A stretch of 44,500 nt of DNA from Bigelowiella natans CCMP2755. Taxonomy: Eukaryota; Protista; Cercozoa. Shown here in pieces: positions 23,888 through 38,325 of the stretch; position 1 is the first letter of the stretch, and every line of letters begins with the position of its first letter. The DNA lies in contig ADNK01001589.1 of the NCBI GenBank assembly GCA_000320545.1, positions 1 to 44,500 on the forward strand, in the 5' to 3' direction. A program made the translations under genes and the position numbers. The notes below the pieces were generated by a model that had not been told where the DNA came from, did no database searches, and worked only from the letters and a program-made list of their open reading frames with translations.

Positions 23888-24940
23888 CATAATAAAATTA
23901 TGGTGATTGGCATCAAGATAGGGGTATTATACATTATCATTCAATAACAATGACAAGTATTTGCAACCAGAAGTTGCAACTGGGATCTATAAATTTGAGA
24001 GGAGTCGTCATCATCTTTCTTCAAGTAGGATATCACCTAATAGTGAAATTGATATTTGTTGTTAATGATAATGAAAGGATAATAAATAATAAAAATAAAT
24101 AAAAGGAAGGAGAGCAAAGCAAGAACGACAACTTCAAAGAGCTTTTCACTGAGGTTTGAAGGCTGATAATTTTATGCCAGGCAATATAATATCATTCGAT
24201 TCTCGCTACTAGCTACTACTACAACAAGTTCTAAGTGGTGGCTAGTCCTTGTGTTGTTCTCATTAATAATTCTACTACTTCTCCCACATATTGCATCCAT
24301 TTTTGCTCGAATGACCCTAGAATCTCGAGAGTATCTTGATCAAATGCAATCTTGTGATATCTGATTCATAAATAGATGATGATGGTGGTGGTGGTGGTGA
24401 TTTAATAGTATATAATTTCCATTCAAAATTCGATGCACACGAATACAATGTGCTGCTACCTGCCTGATGTTCCCTCGATATTTTCTTTTCGCAGTTTGGG
24501 TGAGGATATATCTAATGTACTACTTCTTAATGCCGAGATATATTCATCATCCCCCTCCTCCTCAACTCCCCCTCCCTCCCCATCAGTGAAACCAAGGAAG
24601 TAGGCTGTGGATTGATAGCAAGTAGAACTCTTAAACCGCCTCAAATCGTCAGCAGATACTGCCCCTGATTATCATCATCATCGAATAGTAAATTGAGATA
24701 TTGATACTTGGTATACTGAATTGATGACGCGTATTGACATATTATTTCGCATGTATAGTAAAATGAACTCTTGGCAAATACTTGTTCCTATATGACGGCA
24801 CTGGTTGTTGTTGATGATGATGATGATGATGATGAAACCAACCCCTACACACAACACTACTAAGACACCCACCACGCAAGAGCGCCATGCCCTTTATTTC
24901 CAGCTCTCTAATTTATACACCACAATAATACGTAACATAA

Positions 24941-24976
<36 letters not shown>

Positions 24977-25249
24977 GCGCAGATGGTGCTGGTGTGAGAA
25001 AATTACTTTGGTGGGAGAAGTGCTTATCGAATCAATGTTTTTTTGTTAACGCGATTGTAAATGACGATGACATACTCTACGTAGAGTAGCATCATGTTCC
25101 TACTCGTTCAAATCCTGCTCCTCTTGATCAAATCTCTGACGTTGCCTGATATCGTTTTCTGCCTTTGTGTGCTTCCTCGCAGATGAAATATGATTCAGAA
25201 CGCTGTAGCTTCCCGTTAAGACCGCTATTCCTGCCAGTCGCCATCGCAT
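22808..25249 (-). CDS. PhyH-family (phytanoyl-CoA dioxygenase-like) 2OG-Fe(II) dioxygenase (multi-exon)
   Basis: Exons give PGSVNQFFHQDN..LTFIIPLT (HxD), DVTLEMGPTQLLPGSH, VDAGTAI and YDARTLHRGLGNRSNVPRPVLVFRYD (distal His, 2OG-binding Arg). Start MRWRLAGIAVLTG at 25249. Confidence 0.85.
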
Positions 25250-25532
25250 AGCGGGGAGCTAAATGGTGTGCACTAATCAATAGCAGACCGAATCTTGAGC
25301 GGGTGAGCGAAATGTATGGAAATTGTGTAAGTAAAAGATCGCTTTGTTAGTAATGACGACGATGATGTGACGGTAAAGAGCAACATGGGTGTAAGTAAGG
25401 CATGCCATACTTATTTTTGGTAAACCTTGTGAGAAAGAAACAATGCTGTTATTTCTCTGCTGCTGCATTTGTGTTGGGTGTTGTTTAAGCGGCAAAGGAG
25501 GAGAGAACGTGCTGCCCGTAATTATTTGTCTA

Positions 25533-25559
25533 CCCTAAACCCTAACCCTAACCCTACCC
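25533..25559. promoter_or_regulatory. Interstitial telomeric repeat / telobox-like motif in a divergent promoter region
   Basis: CCCTAAACCCTAACCCTAACCCTACCC lies between the starts of the PhyH-like (-) and AAE15-like (+) genes. A regulatory role is inferred. Confidence 0.5.
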
Positions 25560-26089
25560 ACCCCCCCTCCTGTTAATATTTTCTTGTTTCTCGGGACCAA
25601 AATAGGGTATGCATGCGCTTAGTGGGTTAACATACCTACCTCCTCCTTCTCCTCCCCTCAAATGTTCCTAGAGTAGTGGCGTTTGTTCCTCCACACGAGG
25701 GCAGGAAGCTGATTCAAGCTGTTGTTTTTGTTGCCTCTCTATCTTGATTCTAGATAATAATGAGTAGGTAATATAGGTCCTAGTACGATCTCATAGATTT
25801 GGACTGTTGTTTTTATTGCCTGTACTCTGATTTTGAAGCAATAATTAATAGGTAATTTGTGGTAGTATGGCACCCATCTCCTCTTGAGTGCACTAAATAC
25901 CGTTATTCTCTCACGAATCCCGGTATTCGTGACTTGGAATCGCACTAGATTTACTACTACTGTTGATACCCCTCTTGTGTGTTCTTGACATTGGTCCCCC
26001 CCCCACTTCAGAGCAGATTCATCTCTGCAGATCAAACCCAACTCCCCCAAAACGATACTAACATCAAGGAGATTATTGTACTTAAGACA

Positions 26090-26893
26090 ATGCGGTCGCC
26101 GATATTCTTGATTACATTTCTAACAACTGCCACCCTTGCTGCACCGAGTGCCGCTGCTGCCTTTGTCCAGAGAATGGGAACTATCACCTCTTCATCATTA
26201 TCATCTCCTTCTTCGCTCAAAGTAGTACTGTCATTCATTCCTGTACATTCGCATTTACTGATGATTGTACTTGCAAACAGGGGGAATTATCCTTTAGTAG
26301 GTCGGAAAGATTGCAAGGGCGTCGTCACCAACAATCCACAAGTGCTACTTTCGCAAAAAGATTAGGAGCTGTAGGCTTAGCAGGAAGTCATTGCCATCGT
26401 TACCATCGCTATGGTGATGCTCCACGGCAGAGCTTGATAGAGTTGATTAGACCCAGAACCGCGACAATCAACCATGATCCGGTAGTAGTAGATATAAATA
26501 CTCCAATGATGTATGAATAATGATTATGGTTATCTTTCATTATTTTCCTTTGCAGTTTTTTTGCGTCGCACTATATATTCTTATCCCTTTTTGCGAGTTT
26601 TCATTAAATGTTTCTTCCTGTTCTGTTTACTATCAGGAATCAGTAAAGGAGGTGAAAACTGCAGCAGGGATCAAACTGAGTAACCCCAATGATTGGACGG
26701 AGAATTGCATGGTCCCCATTGACATCAAGGCTATTGGGTTACGACAACAAACCACCAATTCCATCTTTACTACTTTCTGCAATTCCTCCTCCTCCTCCTC
26801 CTCACTTCTTTATTTATTCTCCACATGGTCAAAAAGTGTTTGATGTTCTTCATCTACGCATTTGAAAGTCTACCACACAAACGATATACATAT

Positions 26894-26928
<35 letters not shown>

Positions 26929-28083
26929 GGTTTCTATATGAAATGTTTGTTCGAATTTTATATACTACAAATAATGCGCTATATCAGTAAGAACTTATTC
27001 ATGAATATTCTTTACTAATTATCGTTGTTCTCGTGAGTGATAATTGATGAGTGGATGTTAATAATAATAATAATAATAATAGCGACATATGGGACCACCT
27101 AAAAGACAAGGTTCCAGACAAAATATGCTTCACAGATGATTACCATGGACCCAGGGCTCAAATGACGTACAAGCAATGCTGGGAGTAAGTATCACGTCCT
27201 TACCTACTACTACTACTAGTAGTAGTAGTATGAAACTGAAAAACGAACGAAATCCCAGATCTTATAAGGATTCTATCGAAATCTTTGTCAATAATAAAGA
27301 TAATACTGTTGTACTTCTGCTAAACACATCAACTCTCTTTAAATCGTGCTCGTTGTCACAGAAACTAATAATAAACAAGTAATGATGCATACGTTAATAA
27401 ATGATGTAATATTAGAACCATGAACAACATTGGAGCTGCTTTTCAAAGCTTTGGATTAGAAAAGGGGGACAAAGTTGCTTTGTTTAGTGATAACTCCCAC
27501 AGATGGCTTTTGGCTGATAACGTATGATGATGATAATGATGATGATGATATTGATGATGAAGATGATGCTGTGTGTCGTAGAAGTAAGGGAAGAACAACA
27601 AGAAGATATCTAGATTCATAGTATTCTTGTGATTGATATTATTCATGAGTGCTGGTGATAGTAGCAGTTTATGATGATGGTCAAAGTATGGTTTTCACTT
27701 GAATCAAAACAAAGTAGTAGTAGTAGTAGTAGTAGTTGTTGTTGTTATGTGTCAAATTTTATAATACGCTAAAAGTAGAAAGTGTAGAACTAGCTAGCAT
27801 CATGATAGGTAATACGGATGATGCTGATGATGATAATGGTGTTATGTAGTGATATAGATGATGATATCAACATAGGCAATATTGAGGTGTGGGGCTGCAT
27901 CTGCTGTCCGTGGATCTACTGCTCCAGTAGATGAATTAGCTTATATCTTGGAACACTCTGATTCTAAAGCTTTAGTTTGTGAGAATTATGAGGTAGTTTT
28001 CCCTTAAAACCGATTTGAAAGATGTCCTTTTTTGTATTTTTTAAAAAAAAACGGGGGGGGGAAAAACTTTTTTCCCCCCCCCC

Positions 28084-28163
<80 letters not shown>

Positions 28164-29026
28164 ATATATTAAAAATATGTGTACATAAATAGCTCCTCTA
28201 GAGTACTCACGATAAAATTGAATGCCTACACAACTTATCATCATTATCATCATCCTCCTAACACCCCCTCCCTTACATCCGCAGTAAAACGATGACAACG
28301 AAGATACACAATGCATTGATAGCAATGATAGAGTTGTCATCTTCCTCCTCCTCCTCCTCCTCATCATCATCATCATCTCTCCTTAGGTATATCGTAAATT
28401 GGTGGAGAAAACGCCAAACTACATGGCCTCCCTTAAGTTTGTGGTGGTGTTATTTCCTTCTTCTTCTTCCAAGGGAAATAATGATGAGGATGATGATGAT
28501 GCAATGATGATGAGGCCACTACAACAGGAAGGCCCCACACTGCTTTCATATGACGAAGTTGTGCAACGGTATGATTAATGTTATCATTCGTCAGTACTCT
28601 TCTTGTTGTACTAGTGTAGTAAAGTTGTAGTAATATCTTGAGAATGATTGATGTACAATCACTACTTACTCACTTACTTAGGGGCTCTTCATTAACGTTT
28701 ACCAAAAGCATTGTTGGTAAAGATGATTTAGCAAGTTTAATCTACACATCTGGAACGACTGGAAAACCAAAGGGTGTGATGCTGACTCATAAGCAGTTTG
28801 TACATCAAATGATTTTTAACACCATCCAATCGAAGGTACGTGTGTTGATGATCATGATCATAATAATGATGATGATTGACGATCATATTTATGTCAAATA
28901 TGTAGTAGTAGTAGTAGTAGTAGTGCATCATAATCAATTATTATCACTGTTATAAATAGCGTCTTGATTGCATTGCTTGCTGCTGCTGCTGCTGCTGCTG
29001 CTCGAATTTCATCATCACCGCTCACA

Positions 29027-29057
<31 letters not shown>

Positions 29058-29447
29058 GGCTGCTGCTTCTCCTTGCGTTTCCTTTGACTGACCATATAGC
29101 ATACTATTGCTGCTAGTGCTCGCTATTCCACGCCTGAATATTCCCTATTTTTTTGTTCACAACCATCATTATGGTCTCGTCGGATCAATCGATATTATTA
29201 CAAGATGATTTAAAGATAATCATCGTCATCATCGTCATCATCATCACTACCATTATTAATAGGCGTCAGGTCCTTTGGGGTTGGTAAAAAGGCTTTTGCA
29301 TAATAACAACCCTCAAATAAACGACGTGTTTGTTTCAATTCTTCCAAGGTAGAGAACACGTGTGGGTGAGTGAGTGTGTATGCGTGTGTGTGTGTGTGTG
29401 TTAAAGAATTCTTATTGATCGTCATTATCATCATCATCATCATAATC

Positions 29448-29486
<39 letters not shown>

Positions 29487-31303
29487 AGCTGGCATATATT
29501 TGAGCGTGTCGCTGAGTATTGGATCTTAAGTCGCGGAGCAAGAATCGTTTATAGTACAATCAAGGAGTTCCGGTATTATTTATACAACACATGCATGCTG
29601 TTTGTTGCAAATAATATGATGAAGAAGTATCGAATAATGATGTATGTACTAGCTGAATAATTCTTCTTCTTCTTCTTGTTATTGTTGTAGATTCTAGGTG
29701 GTCACATATAATAAGTAGAAGCCTTATATCTATCATTACACAATCTATATTAAGACGATGATGATACTGTTATTGTTATTAATATTATTATGCAGAAATG
29801 ACATCCAAAGGCACAAACCGCAGTATCTTGTTGCAGTCCCTCGCCTCTATGAAATGATATACCAAGGAGCTGAGAAAAAATTCAATGCTAAAGCATCGAC
29901 TGCAAAACTTGTGAATTTTTTCAAAAAGGTTGGAAATCGATGGCTAACAGCCAAAAGAACAGTACAAGGTTATCAGGAAGGCTCTACTTCCATTATTTCC
30001 AAAGTAAAATCATTAATCACATTGCTACTTCTTGCTCCATTGTACTACCTCTCTGATGCTCTCGTCTGGAGCAAGATACGTAAAGGCATGGGAGGTCGTT
30101 TAAAAATTGCTATTAGTGGAGGGAGCTCTTTACCCATGCATGTAGAGGACTTCTTTGAGCTAGCAAAAGTGCCTATTATTGTTGGATATGGCCTTACAGA
30201 AACAACAGCACCCATTGCAAATCGATTATATGAGCTGAACCAAAGAGGGACAACTGGAACGCCAACAGCAGAGGTGCGAATCGTGCACCCGGAGACAGGG
30301 GCTATTCTATCTAATGGTGAACAAGGAGTTATTCAAGTACGAGGGGATATGGTCATGGCCGGTTACTACAAGAATGATGAAGCAACAAGTAAAGTCATGT
30401 CTAGTGATGGGTATTTTAACACGGGGGATCTTGGTGTGATGAATGATAAAGGAGTACTGAAGATAACAGGAAGGCAGAAGGACACCATTGTGCTACTAAA
30501 TGGAGAAAATATAGAACCACAACCTATTGAAGAAGCACTTCTTGCTTCTTCAGTCATAGATCAAGTAATGCTTGTTGGACAAGATATGAATTATCTCTCG
30601 GCCCTGATTGTTCCTTCTCTCGACGGTTTGCTTGAAAATGGAGTCATCGATCAATCAGATGTAAAGGAAATTCATGATCTAAAGGAGAGTGGTGATGAAG
30701 AGGTAGTAGTGTTCTTGGTAAATACTACATATCTGTAACATCTGTGTCTATTATGCTGCATATGTGTAGTAGATATGTATAAATAAGATTCAAATAAGAA
30801 TCTAACTTACTTGTGTCGTAATGTGCGTCGTGTGTGGATGCTGTGAATTCCTTTCTTTATCCACTACTTCAGTTTGCATTTCATTACAATGTGTCGTTGT
30901 TGTTGTTGTTGTTGTTATATATGTTCTTTTTCTCCTCTTCAGGGTCTGGAGGCTCTAGCACTTGAACTTGGCCAGCGCAAAGCTGTGGAGTCTCTCGTAA
31001 CCGAGAGTATCAACCGCAACAATCGTATGAGAGAAAAGTAAGTCAATCTTCCGACAATATTTTTTGAAGCAATATTATTAACTTAATATATTGTTCGTAA
31101 TCAAAATAAAAAATGTCGTGTTTATGATGTGATTTTCCTCTTTATTCAGTTACCGACCGGACGAAAATGTTCGCAAGTTTAAGCTCATATTGGCACCATT
31201 CTCGATGGAAAATGGACTACTGACACAAACTTTAAAAGTAAAACGGAATGAAGTCTCGAAGAAGTATCAAAGTCTCTTATCCAGCATGTATGCGAAGGTA
31301 TAG
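26090..31303 (+). CDS. Long-chain acyl-ACP/acyl-CoA synthetase, AAE15/cyanobacterial Aas-like, bipartite (signal + transit) plastid leader
   Basis: Exons: [28 protein letters not shown]; [22 protein letters not shown]; [21 protein letters not shown]; [23 protein letters not shown] (AMP-binding P-loop); [16 protein letters not shown]; GYGLTET; YFNTGDLG; [21 protein letters not shown]; [16 protein letters not shown]; stop TAG at 31301-31303. Confidence 0.93.
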
Positions 31304-32186
31304 CTGAATTTGAAAATTATTACCTTCCAATGAAATCGTCTTGTACATCCACAACATCCAATGGTTAAGCGTGTGATAAATGTGCAAATAAAGTATGTAA
31401 AAAAGCTGGAACCTCTTTGAAGAATTAAGTATATCTACTATAATCGCATCGTAGTGTCTGGTCTGCATACTTGCTGCCTAAAACATTCCATTTTGACAAT
31501 GCTGTAAAATGCTAGCAATTAGCACGGAGGATTGCGTTATTTGTGCCAAATGTACATGTACACACACAATAGCTAGATAGTGCATTCACAAACATCAGAA
31601 TGTAGTCTATGGATTGTTGGCGCACGAACGGCGGGCAGAGCCAGCAAAAGCAACAACAGCAAATCATTTGAAAAACGCCACCACACTATAGTAGTATGCC
31701 ATGAGCGACTGCTAGCTAGCTAGCCTGGTTGCACGATGCTATGCAATTAGTCGCGAAGGAGATTCTAACTAACCGATTAAAGCATTGACCGATGTCATCT
31801 AGATGTGCACATGTGACGTCAATGATCAATGCTACCGAAGATGGCTCTACATTTGTTACGATCATGGTAGACAGACTCTTCATCTTAGATGTTGTTGTTG
31901 GCTAGCTGGGGCTACTTCAACTCACATACGTACATACACATGATGCAACTGCTGTGTATTTGGGCATCGAGTATCATATCAACTCAAGAGAATAACTCTG
32001 CTACTGTCGCTAAAATTTGTGAGGATAACAAGAGAGCAAAGAATCACACGTGCTCGATCGTCTCTTTCACCACATGGTTAAGCGTAGCAGATAATCCATT
32101 TGCGAATATTATTTAGCTGGAAAGACTGTGTTGAAATCAATAGAAATTTGTTATGAAGATACAACTATTATCAACATCATTATTTT

Positions 32187-32546
32187 CTATTCTGACCTTT
32201 TCTGGTATGCACTCCAGCCTGCTTCACGGTACTTCTTTGCCTTGAAATTATATATTATTACTATTATTACTTATTTCAGGATTCATGATAGTATACATAG
32301 TAGCGATCAAAATTTTCTCTGAAATAGACATCATGGCGACGACCAGTGCTATTCATAGGTTGTGATGACCTCGTTTGCAGGATCCTCTGCTTTGTAGATA
32401 CCACGCCCAACAATTATCACATCCGAGAGCTGATGACGATGATGACGATGATGACGATGATGATGGTGATGACGATGATTATCACACAATGATATACAGA
32501 TAGTGTTCTAAAGATAACACAAACATAGATGAAAGTGGACCTAATC

Positions 32547-32577
<31 letters not shown>

Positions 32578-33748
32578 CATGCATCAGACCTGCGTGTACA
32601 TGCATCTACCAATGACTCCTGCTACTATTTCACATGACGTAATAATATCCATCATTATCATCATCATCATCATCATCGTAACTGATTACTAAAGCAGTAG
32701 TAGTGGTAGTAGTAGTACCTTATCCACAAGAACAGAGTGAGGAGTTTTATATTGCTGACCAAGTCCATCTGTACCGCTTACTGTTTAGTACCAGTACCAG
32801 TACCAGTAGGAGGAGGGGTAGGAGAACAACAAAAAGAACAATTGTTAATTCTGCAGCAATAGAAGAAGAAGATAATATCAGACTACTACTACTACTACTA
32901 CTATTACTGATGGTACTATTACTGTTACTTGTACCAAGTTTCACGCCAGGAGTCATGTGAATGATGCCGGGATTATCTGTTAGCTTTCGCATGCTGGTAG
33001 TAGTGGTAGCATACAGAGTAGTAGCAGTAGTAGTAGTAGTTGTTGTTGTTATTGTCTGCTTTAAAGCATAAGGAGCGGCAGCGGGGTCATGATGAAGACT
33101 AGAAACATATTAATAATAAGTAGTTGGAAAGATGATCGACATCACCATTTGCATCATCATCATCATTATGATCATCATCTGCTACAACTACTACTACTAC
33201 TACCTGATAAAACCCATTACAAACTCTGGATATTCACTTGCCATCTTCACACCTGACGACGATGATGATGATGATGATGGTGATGATTGAGATCATTTAT
33301 TGTTTGATCGACAACACATTTGAAGAACGTTGACAAGTTAGCGAGTGTGTGTGGGGTGAGTGTGTGAGGAGGGAGGGCGCCAAGGAGAATAAGAGAAAGA
33401 GGACAAAAACGAATTTGATCAATGATTGATGACCGAAATATCTAGTTCTTTTCTTCTTGTTCTTGTTGTTGCTGTTGTTGTGGTTCTACAGTAGTTGATA
33501 AGTAGTAATAATACAATGAAATAGCTAATACTAACTTGCTTCCGTATAAGCTCCGGTGGCTAGATTGCCCTTTGACGACATCTCTGCGATCAGCACAAGA
33601 CCCCTTCCAGCAGGACCTATGATGATGATGATGATGATGATGATGATGGTGATGATGATGGTGATGATGGTGATGATGATGATGATGATGGTGATGATGA
33701 TGGTGATGATGATGGTGATGATGATGATGGTGATGATGATGGTGATGG

Positions 33749-33803
<55 letters not shown>

Positions 33804-33974
33804 GATGATGCTGATGGTGATGATGATGGTGATGATGGTGATGGTGATGGTGATGATGATGATGATGATGATAATAACGATGATGATGATGATAATAACG
33901 ATGATGATGATGATCACGCAAATGGCTTTGAGCTGAAACTGTGTTACTACAAACTTACACGCTACTACCACAAA

Positions 33975-34011
<37 letters not shown>

Positions 34012-34571
34012 TTAGCAGTACGTACCTCCGTTTTTCATTAATCCATCCACAATACCCGGCCCTAACCAGCAATGTAATCAATAGTAGTAGTAGGAGGAGG
34101 ACAACAACAACAACAAACAACAACAAACAATTTCATAATCAAGGCACCAATAGCTGACAGAGTGACAATAATGGCTACGATGATAATAGTGATGATGATG
34201 ATGGTGACCAACAACCAGCTTTTAATGTGTAGCAGTAAATATTCTTCTTCTTCTTTTTCTTGTTCCCAAAGAAGAAGAAGAAGAAGAAGAAGAAAAAGAA
34301 GTAGTAGTAGTAGTAGTAGACTAACATAATGAAGATTTATCTGATGTTGCTATTATGATTCAACTTTTGCAGACAGTAGAGAATACTTCCACAACACACA
34401 CACACATATGTATATAGCAAGAATATGACTATGTACATTCATTATCATCAGCGTCATGATGAACATCAAGTATATGTAGTTAGTTACTGGGAGAGGATGA
34501 CAGTTGACAATATCTGCCCATTCTACTGGACGGTATATGCCTGGTAGTGATAGTGATAGAGTAGATAACAC

Positions 34572-34602
<31 letters not shown>

Positions 34603-34941
34603 AAAGTAGTAGTAGTAGCAGTAGTAGTAGAAGTAGTACACACGGAAAATCAATCAATCAATCAATCAATCAACGAGGAAAAAAGGAGGAGAGAAAGAGG
34701 AGTAGGATGTTTGTATTCTTCCCTATATATTGTATATTCACTCTTTTCTTAGCACCAGCAAACATCTATTTATTTATTCATTTACCTGCTGCTGTTACTG
34801 CTAGAACACCCTGCATCACCATCATCATCATCATCATCATCATTATCACTATTTACATTCATACTAACACACAAATGAGTAGTAGCACCATAACCTTATT
34901 CACTACTACCACAAGTATTTCATCAAGTACTACCACGTGTG

Positions 34942-34974
<33 letters not shown>

Positions 34975-35447
34975 ATATAGCGTCGTCGTGTATGTAATAA
35001 ATCTACTGGTTATTAGCACCTTTACTGTACTGTAAAACGACTGTGTTGCCAATGTCCGCATATTTTCTTGTGTTTATTTTAACAATCAATATCGTCATAC
35101 CAATCAATCACATATTATTAGAAGAGAAGCAGCAGAGAAACAGAAGAAGAAAAAGAAGTAGTATACGCACTGATATGCGCACAAACACAAGTACATTGGT
35201 CTTCTATGCATGTGTATCTTCTCACCATCATCATCATTATCATCATTATCATCATCATCATAGGAATCATCATCGTTTGATAATTGTATATCCATGTTGT
35301 GTCGTATCATAATAACACATCTGCTCTTACACATCTATAATAAGCGATTGTTCGCAATGGAAATAATGGAGAAAGAAATTAGCACTACTAGTAATTTTCT
35401 CTTAAGTCAAGCTGCTTGTCGTGATTGCCACTTTGGTGATTATATTC

Positions 35448-35500
<53 letters not shown>

Positions 35501-35676
35501 TGTGTGCGTGTGTGTGTGCTGTGTTTTCATGCTTCTCTCTTCTACCTGTCTTCAAATATGAGGAAATTATGTTTCTTAGCCAAGTCCCTTTTTTTGGTTG
35601 CACATACAGACAGCACCACAAGGAGTAGAGGAGGAAGATGATAACACCACAAGGACAACACACGAGTACGATTTAT

Positions 35677-35711
<35 letters not shown>

Positions 35712-36352
35712 ATACATTATCTTGACGTAGTTGTGTAGGAATATGACGACGACATGATGACATATAATTATTACTGTACGTGCATATACTACTACCACTA
35801 CTACTACTACTACTACTACTAGTAGTAGTACCTCAGCTTCTTGGCAACCTGGGGAAGAAAGGAAGGAAGATAGATAAAGAAAAACAATCAAACAAACAAC
35901 GGGATTAGCAACACACAACAACCACACACATACTCCTAAACAATAATATCACAATTGAATCATCGTCGTCACCATCCTCATTGTAGACGTGATTATAACA
36001 AGCTGGTACTACTACTACTACTACTGCTACTACTACTACTACTACTACTACTACTTAATGGGTACTTACTTCCATATCAAATCCTTCCAAAGTATCAATA
36101 TGTGTCTTGAGCATACAAATGTGCGGTCCTACGGCATCAACAACCTCGATCAACCTGATAATAGGAGAAGTAGCAAAGAGGAGTAAGTGTGGATATAAAA
36201 GGAGGTTTGAGAGATGGAGGGAGGGAGAGCGACAGGAGATCCTAAGAAGAAGAAGATCAAAGTAGTAGTCTCTTCTACCATTGGATTCATAAATATGATC
36301 ATATGCTGTGTGTCTTATATTGCAATGCTGACTGCTTACTACTACTTCTACG

Positions 36353-36384
<32 letters not shown>

Positions 36385-36585
36385 TACTTCTACTACCACT
36401 ACTAACTTCACACTACTACTACTACTACCGTTTCTTATCTGTGATATCTGCAGAAAAACACAGATTTGTTTTCTTTTCTGCCATTATCTTCAACAATTTT
36501 TTAGCAGCCTGAATGATGCAAAAAATGATGAAATCATGATATAAATGAATATAAAAGGAAGCAACAACTTTGTAGTAACATTTTT

Positions 36586-36658
<73 letters not shown>

Positions 36659-37484
36659 TATACTACTCAAGATGGTAATTGCTACTACAATTCCTATTGC
36701 AGGACGGATAATATCACTTAATTCAAAGTGGAGAAAACGACGAATAATGGTGCATCAATGTTGAAGAATAATGAAACAACCAGATGTAAAAGTAGCACTG
36801 CATATAAAACGAATTTGTTATTACATTCAACGCTGAAAATTGGTCCTCCCTTCTCCCTCTATCTACTGCTACTACTCAATTGAGTACTACTACTACTACT
36901 ATTACTACTAGTAGTAGTATCACCGGGTTCTTGCACACGAGAGAGCGAGCATCGTAAGTCTTCGATCTGCCAGTAGTAGTAGTATAATATCATGTTTCAG
37001 CATAATCCATCGTGAAAACATGCGTTGTCACGTCCATCTCCTCCTCCTCCTCACCACCACCACCATCAATCATAGTTTCTATACCACCTTGTTGCGTTTT
37101 GCTGTTGTTTAGTGACAGCAGCAGCACTATCTATTCCCTTCTTCTGGTCCTCTTCAGCTTTCACTATAACCTGATAATCATTATGACGATGATGATGATG
37201 ATGCCAAAGACTCTTATAAGAAGAGAAATTGAGTAGGAGAATGAGGGAGGTGGAGAAAGAGGAATGAGTAGCCAACGAATCTTCACCAAGTTTCTTATAA
37301 CATCCTGTTTCTACTGCATCTTAATAAGGAGGAGGAGGAAGGGAAATAGAAATAACAACTGCGGTCTCATTTACGACGTATAGTTTATATAAATACAACG
37401 AGAATTGAGATAATAACCTGGTTTGATTGAAGGAAAGAGACAACCTAGTATTATTGTGCACAAATCATGCATTGGTTAATTATA

Positions 37485-37535
<51 letters not shown>

Positions 37536-38290
37536 TACTAGTGGTTGTAGTAGTACCTTTGCAACGAGTGGCATATCTATCCTTTCGGCCTTTAAAAGGC
37601 ACTAATAGATTATTGGGAGATGACGATTACGATGATTCATGAATAACTGTATTTTATTATTTATTAGTGGGTAGGTAGTTTGGTAAATCAACATCACCAT
37701 ACGCTGCTAGATTGTGTTGTTTATGTCGTCACATACAACTACCATTACAGCAGCTGACTACTCTCTTGCTTGCATCATCAGAAATACTCATGATAACACA
37801 TACCTTCAACATTGAGGAAATCTTGAGAACTGCATGAGGTGTTATGCCTCGATTCTGCATTTATTTTGTGAAAATCAGCTCAATCAGCTCAATATGGTGA
37901 ATTGAATTAACAAATTTACAGTGGTTGAAACCTCAAATTTAATATATTGATGATAATGAATAATGAGGAAACATATCTTTGTTCTACTGTTATGTCTTCT
38001 TGACTCTACTACTACTACTACTACTACTACCTTGAGATTGGTGGCTCCTCCTTGCTCCCTGTCAACCAGGACAACTACATCAGTAGTCTTTAGTCCCACA
38101 TCGTTGAGAGGACTTGCTAATATGGTGCAAATAAGAAGTAGCAACATAAGTGCGATTATCTTCCAACATACTCTGCTGCTGATGATGATGATGGTTAGTA
38201 TTATCAATTTATCATATTCTTGTTCTAAATTATTACTTGTTTCCATAACCGACATACCACTTGTGATTAAATCCTAAACGAGGACCACAT

Positions 38291-38325
<35 letters not shown>

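Noticed and set aside
28020-28100. Runs of A/G/T/C homopolymers in an intron
   Set aside because: These look like low-quality consensus next to a poly-C/(CT)n tract rather than a biological element.
33442-33971. Poly-His / poly-Met / poly-Ile ORFs
   Set aside because: They are translations of an intronic (GAT/GGT)n tract; only the GPAGRGLVLIAEMSSKGNLATGAYTE part is a real UMPS exon.
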